64,000 bases of DNA from Octopus vulgaris (lineage: Eukaryota). The stretch is from positions 33,108,001 through 33,172,000 of the forward strand of contig OX597832.1 of the NCBI GenBank assembly GCA_951406725.2, read 5' to 3'. A model generated the notes under the pieces. The model did not search any database, was not told the DNA's origin, and saw only the letters and a program-made list of their open reading frames with translations. Shown piece by piece: positions 1 through 14,275 of the stretch (its first letter is position 1; the number at the start of each line of letters is the position of its first letter). A program made the translations under genes and the position numbers.

Positions 1-758
1 TTATAAATTTGTGTAGCAACAATTTAAATGCTACTATGAATGAAACAGATCAACGAGGCGGTTTCTACCTGAAGGAATCAACTCAGACAAAATAGCTACA
101 AATTCCGCATCAAATCAAATCTGTTGGGGTCAGAAAGAAAGGAAATACCCATTGTATAACGTGTTCATATTTAGCGTCAGCTTGCAAAATGGTCACTGCG
201 AAGTCTCATAATATAGCTGTTCGGTTAGTGGGGAGTTGGGAATAAGCAGAGATTAAAAGTAACAATGAGACAAGTCGTATATCCTCTTCGCTTCTGATTT
301 ACAGAGTTTGGGATTTTGATTATTATGATTCGCTTCATAAAAGAACCCAATGTTCCGGTTTATGACAAGATATGAAATCGAAAGCCGATTCAGTTTCTGA
401 TCACCCCATTATGGATCGGAAATCAGATTCTCATAATGTCATAAAGTGTTGGAATATTGTAAAACAATGGAAATTTTACAAGCTTCCACTTCTAAATTCG
501 AAGACTCCTCCCGATTAACAGATTACAAAAACAAAACAATCTCACTTCATTGGCCACGCTCAGATCTGCACAGCTACTTTTTTCCCCCGTGTGTGTGTAA
601 AACTATATACATACATACATAGACACACACACAAACACATACACACACACACACACACATACACACACACACCCACATATATATATATAAACATATATAT
701 ATATATATGTATACACGCACATATATAAATATTTATATGCAAATATATATATCAACCT

Positions 759-877
759 GGGTCGATAAATTAAGTACCAGTTACGCACTGGGGTCGATAT
801 AATCGACTTAATACGTTTTTATGTCCTTGTTTGTCCTCTCTGTGTTTAGCCTCTTGTGGGTAGTAAAGAAATAGGTA
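759..877 (+). mobile_element. SINE family A, 3' half
   Basis: gggtcgataaattaagtaccagttacgcactggggtcgatataatcgactt matches the 3' body of the fuller copies at 34208-34425 and 47281-47542 (reverse complement). Confidence 0.75.
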
Positions 878-1853
878 CGCGACTCTGTACCGAGCCACTG
901 GCACTTTACTTCTGCATGCAGGTTTTTCCGTTAATCGGATCAACTAAATCTTCGTCTTCGTAACAGAGGGAGTGCCAGATGTCATATCATAGAGTAGAGT
1001 TTTAATTTTTAAATCAAGAGATCACTGCATAAATGACATAGGCTCCTTTAAATTCCGATACGTGGATTAAGGCTTGTTCATGATGTCTTTTATTTTGTCT
1101 TTTGATTGCATCGTTGAAAGTGTTCCACTGGCGTGACTTGCGACCCTGGATAATTATCACGTATTCGTGGAGCCAGTTTCATTAGGAGAAATCTCTCCGG
1201 CAATTCATTAAATTTTCCCACTATGATTGCATGTCATATTTGATTACATAATTCTGTCGAATAATTGGTGTAATGATTAATAACAAGAAAAAATACGATA
1301 TTAGGGAAACGTTCCGAAATTCTAAACCTATCATGAAATTATAACACCATTGGAGATCAATAAAAATAGAGACATAATTTCTCTCTATGTTATCATTTAT
1401 GCAATCGATGTGGAATATTGAATGGAGGGAAAGAAATTAACATTTGTGTATCACGTATCAGTGAACACGTGCCTTTTGCATTTATTGTTTCGACAGAACA
1501 CCTGCTTTACCAAAATTACACCCAAGGAAAAATCCAATATGGTAAAAGGAAAAAGAATAACACTGAATATAATTAATTTGTAATAAAGGTGAAAATCGCT
1601 GAAGGAATAATATTGCGCTTTCGTAAAAGTGAATGATTTATCGCACGTGTTGCTGTAAGTTTGGGGTTAGATATAATGGCGATACCTTTCTAGAAAATTG
1701 GCTCATTTCTATGATATAATTTTTAATGCTTATACGAAGCAGTGCGAGAAGCAACCCTAATAATTACAAGGCTTCCATAAGTGGTGTGTGGGGAGGGGAA
1801 AAGCATGGTAAGTATGATCAGAATCTGCATTATATACACATACATGCATACAT

Positions 1854-1916
<63 letters not shown>

Positions 1917-1934
1917 TAAATATATATTTATATA

Positions 1935-1976
<42 letters not shown>

Positions 1977-3253
1977 CATGCATACATACATACACGCGCA
2001 CATACGCACATATAGATACATACATACATACATACATACATACATACACACACATATATATATACACAGAGGGATACGGTAAAATAATGTAAACATCTTA
2101 AATGGAAATTTTATTATTATTTCGAAGGAGTTGCTTCACTGATTACATTCATCACGTCTTTCATAAATTGAAAAATAAATTGACTTGTAAATGTCACGAA
2201 CATTTTAAAGAGAATTTTCAACCGTTCTGTAAGTAAAACCTGATTTAGATCTCTGAGGAGTGGTGATCGGATCGGGATAAAATACTTCGTGAGCAACGAA
2301 CATATATTATACACATACACATTCACACACAAACAAACACATTTATGTATACTGGTACACAAATACATTAACGAATCTCTAAAGGGTTAGTTGTAGTTGA
2401 GTCTTTATATGCATTTAGAACATATATAGCAGTGCTTAATATAACCTCGATGGTGAAACGCACGGAGATGATTTAGTAAAAATTTGTGTATATCCTATCT
2501 TTTCATAAACATGTTTATTTATCTATATGTTTAGATGCGTATGTGTGTGTGTGTACAAACGTATATAAAGAGCCACATGAATGCTCTTAAACACTCACAC
2601 ACGTTCACGCAGAAAGAGGTACATTCTTATGAAGAAATATCAATACCAGTACACCTTTATTAATAAGTGTAATAACAAAAAAACAGAAGGAGAGAGTGTG
2701 ATAGAGGAAGAGAGAGATGAAGAGAGTGTACGAAAGAGAGAGAGGAAGAGAGTGTACGAAAGAGAGAGAGGAAGAGAGAGAAACGGAGAGAAGAGATAGG
2801 TTGTCATTAGAAAGATGTAATTAATACACTGCTACCTTGTAATTATTCTTGATTGCAACCCACAAACATTTTCGGTTCTAAAACTTTACTTTAAACAAAA
2901 TCTTGTTTGTTTCTCACAGAAAATCAAAAAGAACCTTTGCGAGATTACATTTTCTATTTTTTTGAAAATATCTTTCTTTTCCGTATTGTATTTTGTGTTT
3001 GTTTGATTTTTGCGCTCTTTTCTAGAGCTTCTATATCAAACTAGCTTATAATGAAGTCTTCAGCAGAAATTTCATTAATTTCTCAAATATTAAATTTGTG
3101 TTGAGATGATAATATATAAATCGTGATATAACTAAATTTAGGAAATAGATGAAGGAACAGGCGTTGGATAAATTAAATTTAGTTTCGTTTTTGAAATCTA
3201 TCATGAAATGGTAATTAATTGTTAGATAAAACTGAATGAAATTACGTATTATC

Positions 3254-3299
<46 letters not shown>

Positions 3300-3777
3300 G
3301 GGAGATAGATATAGAGAGAGAGAGAAAAAGAAAGAGAATGAGTTTTCCTTTTCCTTCGTTATTAATTTCAGGAAAAATCAAAGTCGTGTGATAAAGCTTC
3401 CAAAATAATTTTTATAAAAATGAAATACAGTAAAAGATAGCTATCAGATAATATTTCAGTCACTTTGCAGTATTATTAATGAGCTGCTGCTAAAAGATGG
3501 ACTGTTATGGATATACAATCAGTTTTAATAACCGCCATTGCAATGATCCGCACTAGTTTCATGAGAAACAGTTATTCTAAAAATACTAGCGGCAAAATTT
3601 GCAGATATAAAAACTTCAAAAAGAAAAGAAAGAGATAGAAACATTTCTCCCTTCACTGGATGCTTCCATATTTGACGATAATTTTTGGTTTTTATGACGG
3701 TTTTGTCTGTACGTTATTATCAATAACTTCCATTTTCTTTTAAAGTAATACTTTTGGCATTATTGAGGTCTGCCACT

Positions 3778-3991
3778 AAGGCGGCGAGCTGGCAGAATCG
3801 TCATCACGTTCGGAGAAATGATTAACGAAATACTTAGCACCGTTCTGAGTTCAAATTCTGCTCTGGTCGACTTTGCCCTTCATCTTCCCGGTGTTGATAT
3901 ATTAAACACTAGTTGTGTACTGGGGTCGATCTAACCCACTTCCCCATCCCTCTAAATTCCAAGCCTTGTGTCTATAGTAGCAAAGATTATT
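3778..3991 (+). mobile_element. SINE family A, full length, tRNA-like head
   Basis: aaggcggcgagctggcagaatcg (A-box-like) ... ctgagttcaaattc (B-box-like) ... gtcgactttgcc ... actggggtcgat ... ending in aaagattatt. Many related copies occur in the window. Confidence 0.85.
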
Positions 3992-4139
3992 CAGATCTGC
4001 CATTGATGACAGAGCATTTTGAGAATGGGGCCCAGTTAGGTTCACCCAGATTTTAGATACTTTACCCCGCTCCCTCGAGGAATTTAGATATTATTTTTAT
4101 ATTTTTTCATTTCAAAGCAACATTTTTATATACTTGTAT

Positions 4140-4317
4140 TCTTTTTAATGATTTGTCTCTGGAATGCGGCCATGCAACGGCACCACATTGATCTTAGTCG
4201 GAGAAATCGAACCGATTATTTATTTATTTGTGAAAGTTTAGCATTTATTCAGTTGGTCGATTTTACCATTCTAACATCAGTTCCAAGCGGTCGGTGAGGA
4301 GCAAACACGAAAACAAA

Positions 4318-4348
<31 letters not shown>

Positions 4349-4541
4349 GAACATACACCTATACATATACTGTATAACAAAGCTGGCGCACATTGCTAAA
4401 TTCCCTCGCAATGCATTACTCAACCCAGAGCTGGGGGTTATAAAAGGAAAGAAATAGGCAAATATCCTGCAGAATGGTTCTGAACCTGAAACCACGCGCT
4501 TGCGACTTAATGTTCCCAACTACACACCTCTGCCTGCGCTT
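4140..4541 (-). mobile_element. SINE family B, degenerate, with internal (CA)n
   Basis: The reverse complement follows the layout of the copy at 57703-58220: head (ctgaacctgaaacc...cctgcgct on +), central CA/TA microsatellite, and tail (gcggccatgc on +). Confidence 0.6.
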
Positions 4542-4850
4542 CTGAGAATCGGTAGATCCAGTTCTCTAAAGGCTTGGCTGCTTGTTTCTCTGGGATTTGT
4601 CAAAATATGTAGACATTCCCAATGAGGGCCGAAATTGATTAAGAGTTTTCCTCCTTCACTTAATCCTCGGAGAAATATGTAAATTTGATGTCTGTATGTC
4701 CACTTCATAGATTTGTATATATTTCTATGTCAGAGAGCAGAGAAACTCTTTAGACAAAACATCTGAACATTAATTTAAGCATCAAAACCAGAATTTACTC
4801 AGTAATAAAAATGTTATGCCAAGATGTCATTTCATACTTTCCTTTTTCAG

Positions 4851-5133
4851 CATCATATGGATACTTCAAGAACTTCAAGATGAAAATAAGATTCCACTTT
4901 CCACAGTTGAAAGTAAACAGATTGACTATTCGAGAATTCGGAGATATGTTCGTTAAATCGCTAACTACCGCGAACAGCGAAGAAACGCATGTTCTAAACA
5001 CACTATGACTTTTGTCAGTGAGCGAGGAACATAGCGGCAAATATATTGTTATGAATACTTTGATTGCGAAGCCGTAAACAATTCAGGGAGTAAATGGACA
5101 GTTGTTAAGTGTCGCTGTGACGAAAATTGTGGA
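4851..5133 (+). pseudogene. Exon-like Cys-rich segment with two in-frame stops (possible somatomedin-B-like start)
   Basis: Acceptor tactttcctttttcag|C and donor GGA|gtaagt. The frame from 4852 reads IIWILQELQDENKIPLSTVESKQIDYSRIRRYVR*IANYREQRRNACSKHTMTFVSERGT*RQIYCYEYFDCEAVNNSGSKWTVVKCRCDENCG. Confidence 0.45.
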
Positions 5134-5711
5134 GTAAGTTGAATGTCAAATAAATGTAGGCTGACTGAGTTTACAGATCAACCCTAAGAGGGTACTGCTA
5201 CTTTGTGAAATGCATAATATACCTTTGTGTGCTTCGTTGTTGCTGCTATTCTTTGAGGAGTAAATTTATGAAAGGTTCCATAGCTGAATGAGAGAATGGT
5301 TTGGATGCTTATTAAAGGATCCAGATTTGAAGGAGGGAAATAGTTTGAAGTGTTATTAAGTAACCGCACGTGAAAGGAAATGGAAAAGGATACTTTCAAA
5401 GGATTCACAATTGAAAGGTAAGACGGAATGAAATATCATTAAATGATCTAGAATTAAAGAAGCGAATGAATATGGATGCTATCAGAAGATTCACAGTTCA
5501 CGATAATGGTAATCATTGAATTCGTTTGAAAACCATAATCGAGAAAGCGAAGCAGAGGTTCACAGATTAAGAATGCTACAGAACTTACTGTATTTGCTGA
5601 AATGGAAGCCTTTATATTTTGTGGAAAATATCCCTTAGTTTTCAGTTTAATTCGAGTATTTAACTTTGAATCTTGTATTAGGGACATATATGTATATATG
5701 TATGTCTGTAC

Positions 5712-5764
<53 letters not shown>

Positions 5765-6899
5765 TATATAAAGAAAATGAAAACACTTTGCATTCCATTA
5801 CATAAGTTTAAAATTATATAGTAAATGTAGGAACACACGGAAAACAGACGCAGAGGGTCACCAAATCCTCATCAATTATCGGCCAGAAGAGCAAACGCAT
5901 TTTCGTACCTTCAACGACAATATTAGTCGCCTTTGCTGGCGCCGGCAGCAGGACACATCGGGAAATGGTGAGCCAGCGTATCATTTAATGGAACACCACA
6001 TACTCTTATTTTGTTTACAGTGTTTTTATCTTTTCGTACTACGTATATTCATGTCCTATCTCCTCCTTTGTCTCCCTTTCACAAGCTCTCTCTCTCTTTC
6101 TCTCTCTCTGTTTTTTTCCTCTCATTCTCTCTCTCTCTCTCTCGTTCTTTCTCCCCTTCCCTCTGTACACTTCTGGGCTGCTGTCTGTTCTTGCATTTTA
6201 CCTTTCATCTCCTCTTCTCTCTCTCTCTCTCTCTGCTCTCCGTGTCTCGCTCTGCCCTCTCTCACTTTTCTCCCTCCTACTACGTAACTCGTGGCCATCA
6301 CCATCTTTTAGTCTCTTTTCCTTTTCACGCCGACAAACAAAGCGACTGATCGTATTTCCCCTCATCTCCCACTTTCGATGTCTCTCCGTTGTCCTTCTGG
6401 ATCTAATCCTCCAGGATATTCTTCCTACCGTTATCCGTATCTTCGTCTCTTGTACAGAGCAAAGGTGTTTTCTCTTTATTTATTTCAGTCTGTATGTCCA
6501 TATTTCGCATTGTTTCTTTTCCATTTTATCCCGCAGCTGTCCACTAAATGTCTCGTCTTAATATTTTGATGTTCACTTCTCTATATTGCATATTAATTTC
6601 TTGTTTATTTGTTTATTTGTTTACTTTCCGTCATGTTTGGACTCTTGTTCGTTGGTTTACCGTTTGCCGGCGGCTTCTTGCTACGGGCACAGGGTTTTAA
6701 TATTACCGTTGAAGGCATGTATATATGTGTGCCTGTATGTATGGATGTATGTATGCATGTATGTATGTATGTGTTCCTGTATGTATGTATGTATGCATGT
6801 ATGTATGTATGTGTGTCTGTCTGTATGTATGTATGTATGTATGTACGTACGTACGTATGTATGTATGTATGTATGTGTGTATGTATGTATGTATGTAAG

Positions 6900-6935
<36 letters not shown>

Positions 6936-7254
6936 CTCATTTGATAACCTACAAGAAACCTTCTTGACTTATTGAATCTTCTCCGTTTACAGAGAATTGT
7001 CAACAGCTACTAATCTGTTGTTGGTTGCTACTCGAAATAATAACGGGATTTAATTCTAAAATTGAAGAACTTTCCATGTTTTTTGCCACTTTTGCGGGAA
7101 GATAATCTGATTTTTTAGAGACCAAGCAACAGCTATTCAGACATCCTTCTGATGTCTGTAATACCTTTGTTATGTCTATCAACACACTGTCTTTTAACAT
7201 TCAATCTGCTGCCTTGTGTTTATTTAATATGTTCACTACATATGTTTCTATCTG

Positions 7255-7395
7255 CGTCTCCATCACCGCTTGAAAATTTGGTGTGGATGTACATCCGTTC
7301 CCGTAATCTACTGGTACGACAAAGGGAAACTGATAGGTTTAGAAAAAGGTTTAATAGTAAAAAATGAATAAGTAATGAGGTCGATTTGTTCGAGT
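7255..7395 (+). mobile_element. SINE family B, 3' fragment
   Basis: accgcttga...ccgtaatcta...aataagtaatgaggtcgatttgttcga resembles 39515-39721. Confidence 0.5.
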
Positions 7396-8607
7396 GAGTG
7401 AGTGAGAGACTGACGGATAGACATAATGGGACAAGAGTGTGTGTGTGTGTGTGTTTGTAAGAGAAAGAGAGAAAGAGTGGGAGATTATGAAGTCCATTTT
7501 CATGGCAACTAAGGAGAGTATGAACTCCAAGATTATATAAAATATCGCAGTGTTGTCTGTTACATTGCAGCTGCGATATTTATAGCGACATTCAGATAAT
7601 GAAAAGCTATTAAGAAAACGGCATCGTCATTTTCGAAGGTACTTCTCTTCGTACTTAGTCAACAAAAATCGTAAAAGTAAAATGAAAAATGCATTAGGAA
7701 ATAAATTGAAAACACAAACATTGCAGACGTCAAAAACTTTCGAAAGGAGGAAAAGTTGTGTTTGTTTTCTTTTTCCGTCGTAAACTGTTATGATTATTTG
7801 TTTGAATTAAGAATTACGTATTAGAGGGTAGTCGCAAAATATAATAAAGACGACTGTCTGATATTAGCCATGGTGTCAATTAAAATTATAATATCTTAAC
7901 AGGATTAGACAAGACGAATAAAACATAAACACATAGAAAGCGTATGGAGAGCAGAGAATATGTCAGCCATGATCAAGAGTATTGCATGATGTTCGTGTCG
8001 TTGAAATCTCAAGTTTTTTTTTTTTGTGTTTTAAAGAGGTTCGTGGAATTTAAAAAAAAAATTTTCTGTTTTGATGTTGTTCAAACTGCCCTTGCATGCC
8101 TTTAGTAATAGGTCAGTGTTAATAGACCAGACTTATAAACAAAATTATTCCAGTTGTGACTGACGAGTTTCTTCTTCTAAGACTAACATTATTCGGTGTA
8201 TTCAATACACACTTCAAATTTATAGACTGTTCAAGGTGATTGGATGGGAGTTCGGCTGATATTTATAGCGACTCAGAGGCAGGTCTGTTTTTTGTTCATT
8301 TCTGTAACTGTTGTTACGGCGGTGGTGCTTTTGGTGTCAGTGATAGAAACTCTAACAGTAAACTAAAATAAAAGTGGATATTTTCTTATCTCTCTTTATG
8401 TGGATATATTTATATGCATATATTGCACATAGATATTTGCATATATATATATATGTATATATATATATGCATATATACATACCAATATATGTGTTTGTGT
8501 ATGAATGTATGTATGCAAATACAAGATAGATGGATAAGTAGTTAGAGGAATAAATAGATAGGCGGACAAACAGGCATACAGATATATTATTTTATATATA
8601 TATATAT

Positions 8608-8661
<54 letters not shown>

Positions 8662-9382
8662 ATGTGTGTGTGTATGTGTGTGTGTGTGTGTGCATTAATA
8701 TATATATATATAGAGAGAGAGATTGATTGATTGATTGATCGAAAGAATGATGAATAGATACGTAAAATTTATGTAAAAATTGCACAGAACAATATCTCAA
8801 ACTAATCTGAAGGAGTACTCAATACATTTATTAGAGTAAATATTTGTTCATTTTTGCAAAAAAAAGAGAAATATATACCTGTCTGTGTGTGTGTGTGCGT
8901 ATGTGCGTGCGCGCGTGCATTTGTCTATGTTTGTGTGCGTGTTTGTGAGTGTGTGATATCCGATACTTATCCTAAAAATATATCTTGAACTTTCTCAGTT
9001 GTTAAGCACCAACGCAGTTTCAAACAAGTTCAAATACATTAAGAATTCTTGATTTAGCCACACACAAAATTACTTATCAGTAAATGTTATAAATAGAAAT
9101 ACATTGAAATCTGGTTTTGCATTAATATTCGTTATTTCATGAAGTCTTCGGTATTCCAGGCTGTAGTTGCGATGAACTGAGACTAAATATGCCTTCATCT
9201 GTATATCTATATTCGTTATTGCACCGTATTAGTTCCTTTAAATCTTTCTCTATAGCCATATTACACAAACAGCCATGTTAACGCGCGCGTATTACAAAGC
9301 ATTAGCAAGCACAGACCTACGCGAAAAGTATCCGATGCGTATGTCCGTGTCTTTGTGTATTTTTTGTGTGTGCGTGAGAGGA

Positions 9383-9415
<33 letters not shown>

Positions 9416-10169
9416 ATGAGAGACAGACTGGCAGATAGACAGAATGTATGGGTGTGTTTGTAAAAGAAAGAGAGAAAGAATGAGAGAGAGAGAGAGAGAG
9501 TGTGTGTGTGTGTGTGTGTGTGTTTGAAAAAGTGAGAGAGAGCTTCTGTGTGTGTCTGAATTGGCGATCTCCCAATACATATTACATCATTACTTCTTCG
9601 GTCTACACATCATAAAAGTGATTTCTTTTGCCTAAGTGCAACAGCGATAGATAATTTAACAGACCATAATTCGTTTCCAGTATTTAATCTAGAGAAAACG
9701 TTAAATATATAAATGAAACATAGGCCTCAGATGTACTTCATAAAATTAAACGCCACTCACACGTACAGAATGATTTTACGAGCAAACGAGGCAGAAATAT
9801 ACGCGGTTGGTCGAACTGTTAATATGGCAGACAAATAACCCTCAAATCACGCCATAAAAATTGTGAAGTTGGGATGTGATGTAACAACCTGTTGCTTAAG
9901 GTGCTTCAGTTCAAGATAGTATGCTGTTGCATTATCACACTATTGAATTGATGCTAATCTGGGGCGATTCTGTGGTTGAAAACAGCCCGTCACATTACAC
10001 AACTGATATTTCAAGTAGTTTTCACAGCTAGGCTTTTATAATCAATAATCTTATTGCTTAACCACTGTGCTTTTGTGATCTCTCTACATCACATCATTCT
10101 AACTTTGATTGAGTGATTCACTGGATGATGTAGTATATGGGTAAACTTGTCCAGTAATCTGTTATTTGA

Positions 10170-10410
10170 TGGTTTTCGTGGTCAGCACTCGCAATCTCAA
10201 GATAGTGATTTCGAATCCCTGACGGGTGGATTGTCTTGTTTCTCCACAAATCACTTCATTTCATCTGCTCCCGTCCACTCAGCTGTGAACGAACAACACT
10301 ACCAAGGACTGGCGTTCCGTTCAAGCAGCGAAATTTTGGGATTTCGGTTACTTAATCGCCATGGAAACCAGGTAACCGGCCTCAGGAGACTTAGAACCTG
10401 AGACAGTAAA
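10170..10410 (+). mobile_element. SINE family C
   Basis: B-box-like tttcgaatccc, then ctgctcccgtccactcagctg...ggactggcgttccg...ggaaaccagg. Related to 33850-33978 (+) and 25275-25530 (-). Confidence 0.55.
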
Positions 10411-10860
10411 GCTTGGGAGTTTGATGATGATGGGTGATGATGATGATGATGGTGATACAATCAATCGTATAAATCACATTCTAATTAATTGCTAACATCT
10501 AATAACATTACGGAAAAATACAATGTACTTCGACAAATAGGAACCTGATAGTTCAAAATACAACTTCATTTCCACACCACATATGTAACAGAATTACCAA
10601 GGCAGTAATACAAAAGAAATGGCGTTACACATATTCTGCAGAACAAAATCACAGGTCATTAAAGTAGTGCCAAACACAAACGGATATAAACACGAGCGGC
10701 AGAATCGAAGAGACAAATTCACAACGCAAATAGGAGGCGCAAGTGTATTTTCTACGTTTCTAAAAGATAATAATACTACGCCAATTGTAAAACTTGCACC
10801 ATGCCGTAAAAAAAGAAACCGTACAAAGACTTTGAAGACACGATAACGAGACTAAATGAT

Positions 10861-10861
10861 C

Positions 10862-10907
<46 letters not shown>

Positions 10908-10911
10908 CAGC

Positions 10912-10973
<62 letters not shown>

Positions 10974-11290
10974 AAGCGGCGTCAGCGGTGGTGGTGGTGG
11001 TGCTGCTGGTAGTAGTAGTAGTAGTAGAAGCGGCCGCAGCGGTGGTGGCGGTGCTGCTGCTGGTAGCAGTAGTAGTAGTAGTAGTAGTAGTAGTAGCGGC
11101 GGCAGCGGTGGTGGTGATAGTGCTGGTAGTAGCAGTGGTGATGGTGGTGGTGATGAAGATTTGCATGACGATGACCATGGCGGTAACAATAACAACGGTG
11201 ATTATGATGATGCCGATGATAATGATGTTGGTGGTGGTTGTAGTGGTGGTTGTAGTGGTGGTGATGGTGGAGGTGGTGGGGAATGATGAG
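10861..11290. repeat. Compound (GTA)n/(GTG)n/(GCA)n microsatellite with higher-order units
   Basis: Directly visible. The unit gtagaagcggc-cagcggtggtgg-tgctgctggtag recurs about three times. Confidence 0.95.
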
Positions 11291-11566
11291 GATAATGTAA
11301 CAGCAACAACGACGAGAATTTATCTCACTAAATTTCTTTCTCGCTTTGGATACACTTTTACGATTTCAAACGGATGAAACAATTTAATTCCTATTCTGAC
11401 ATGCCGATAGCATATCGTTTGAAATATTATCAATTTGGAGGGTCGTGGAGGGAGAGGGAGGGGAAGGAAATCTGATTTTTCTCCAAGAATTTAAAGAACA
11501 ATAAATTAAAGAACAATAACGGTTTATATAGCCACGGGCATATAACCATAACTGTCTTATATTGGA

Positions 11567-11624
<58 letters not shown>

Positions 11625-11683
11625 ATGCGTGTGTTGCTATCTATCTTCACACATCCCCACACACAAACACACATATGTGTATG

Positions 11684-11735
<52 letters not shown>

Positions 11736-14275
11736 TGAGTGTGTGAGTGCGTATGTGTATATGAGTGCATATATATGCATATATGTTTATACACACATAT
11801 TATACAAATATAGATACAAAAATACATACTTATATATAACATATATATACATTTATACTCACATAGATGTGTATATATATACCTATACAAACACATACAT
11901 GCATATATATATATAAATATATATATATACATACATACATAAGAGCATATGTATATATAAATATATACATACGTGCATATATATACACATGCACGCATAT
12001 ATATATATATATAGCCGTGTTAGTATATGTGAGTGCGTATGTATATATGTGTTATTATATATGCATATATATGTTTATACGTACATACGTGCATATACAT
12101 ATATACACACACATACATACATCCACACAAACATATATATATATATATATTATTAGAGATAATAAAACCGTAAATAATAGACAAGGGGACGTTGATTTGA
12201 ATGATAAGGGAAGTTAGGAAATATTACACATATGTAACTGAATATATACATATAGACACCTATATGCATACATACATACATGCATACTTATATTAATACC
12301 TATATACGTGTATATGTGTATGTGTGTGCATGAATCTATGCCTGTATATATGTATGCATGTATGTATGTATTCATCTATCTACTTGTATATGTTTCTCTT
12401 TATCCATTTATTTTCAACTTATAAACACCCAAATTAATATATACACTATGCCCAACTCTAAACACACATGTCATATACATACATCTACGCATACCTTTTC
12501 GCGTATCTTCATACTCACACACATGCATAACTACCGAAAATACATTTTTCTTCTTCTTCTTTCCTTCTAGAATCTCGATTCTTGAATATTACGATTTTGT
12601 TTTTCGAAATGTTTTATTTCATTTCCATACACTTTCAAGCCGAGCTTTTGTAATTAATTAATATTTACAAAAACGTCTTCAATATTTATTCAAAGACCAA
12701 ATGCTATCGTCTAAATTCTATAATATTCATATTATCGGCGACAGTTTATTGGAAATTTCTAATATTTACGAGATAATACCTGACGATTCGCTTCCGTTTG
12801 TTTGCTTTCAAATATCTCACCTCCTCCTGAATGCACGAAATATTATATCTTTCAAATCTAAAACTTCCTTTTATTTCAGGATTCCTGTTGCAGAATTTAC
12901 CATTTTCTCATTTCCTTTCAATATTAATCTGAGTATATTCTGTTAAGTAGCAAAATTGTTTGAATTCCACCCCCGACGCCCCATCGTATTATTTTTGTGT
13001 GTATGTTTTCTCTATTAAGGTCTTGTGCTTTACACAAACCTTATGTGTATTATGTTCTATTAGTTTCCGTGTTTATGTGTTAAGATTAAAACTATGGAAG
13101 GAAATTGAAGACATAATTCATGACCCCTGAACACTATGAAATACATCCCAGGGTTTCATTCTAGACAATCTGAAAAATGTGGAGAGGGGTTGTCTAATGG
13201 TTAGAGTGAGCTCGTCGGTTTCATTTTGGGATCTGGTGATAAATTGTGTCCTCTTGCATGACCCTTCATATTTATACGATTGGAACGTAGTAGACAAGTT
13301 CAGGGCAACTTATTACATCCGGTAGACTACAGAACAATATTTTTCCCTAATATATTGTAGGTAAGCATAACATTGTAAATAAAATATTTAGACTTTGATA
13401 AAAACTAGCTTTTATTATAACTAAAGATTCTATTACAAGTTATTACTTCTCTTTGTTATTACTTGTTTCTTCTATTAAAAATTTAAAATATCTCAATTAA
13501 AATATTTTTGCAATATAAAAAACTCCATGTTTCAAATCATTAATTAATAATTAGAAATTTGAAAATAGGTTATAAAAAATAATAGTAGTAGATAATTAGT
13601 TAGTACAATAAATAGAATAATACAAAAATGTGTTTATATATTACAGTAAAATCTACCGTATAACAACAACTTCACAGTAAAAATTGCTTGAGTGTCTACC
13701 TTATTGCCAAGTCTTCACATTTTTAGTCTTGACAAAATGCCTATTTTTCACATAATTAATTTGCTTACTATTTATATTATTTTACTTTGCTTGAAACTTT
13801 AGCTATATTGGTACTTCTGACTCTCGTTTAACAAAATGATGCTACCTATTTTACTGATAATGCTACTTTGTAAATTAAAATCAAATAATTTTTAATATTC
13901 AAAATTTTAGCTGCAATATTTGAAGTTAAAATTTTCTTGTTCTCTACTTTATCAGATGTAATAACTTGTCCTGAACTTTTCCAAGTGTAATAACTTGTCC
14001 TGTACTTTTCCAGGTTTATGGTCTAAAGGATATTATTTCTCTTACTCGCATTTCTATGTAATTCATTTTTTCTAGAGTCTGCTATTATGTTAATTAATAA
14101 TATGTCAATTAATAATTTATGATTTTACCTTATTGGAAATTGAATAATAAATTTAATAAATTTCTATTTCTATTTTAATATTTTGTATGTTTGGGATTGA
14201 ATTGTTATTATTATTGAATTAAAATGAAAGGTTCTAAACTATGAAAATAAAATAAGATTAGTAATTCCTAGATTT

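Noticed and set aside
12880-12927. Strong acceptor followed by DSCCRIY as the continuation of the CRCDENCG exon
   Set aside because: Phase fits, but Cys spacing does not match somatomedin-B and the frame stops after 15 codons.
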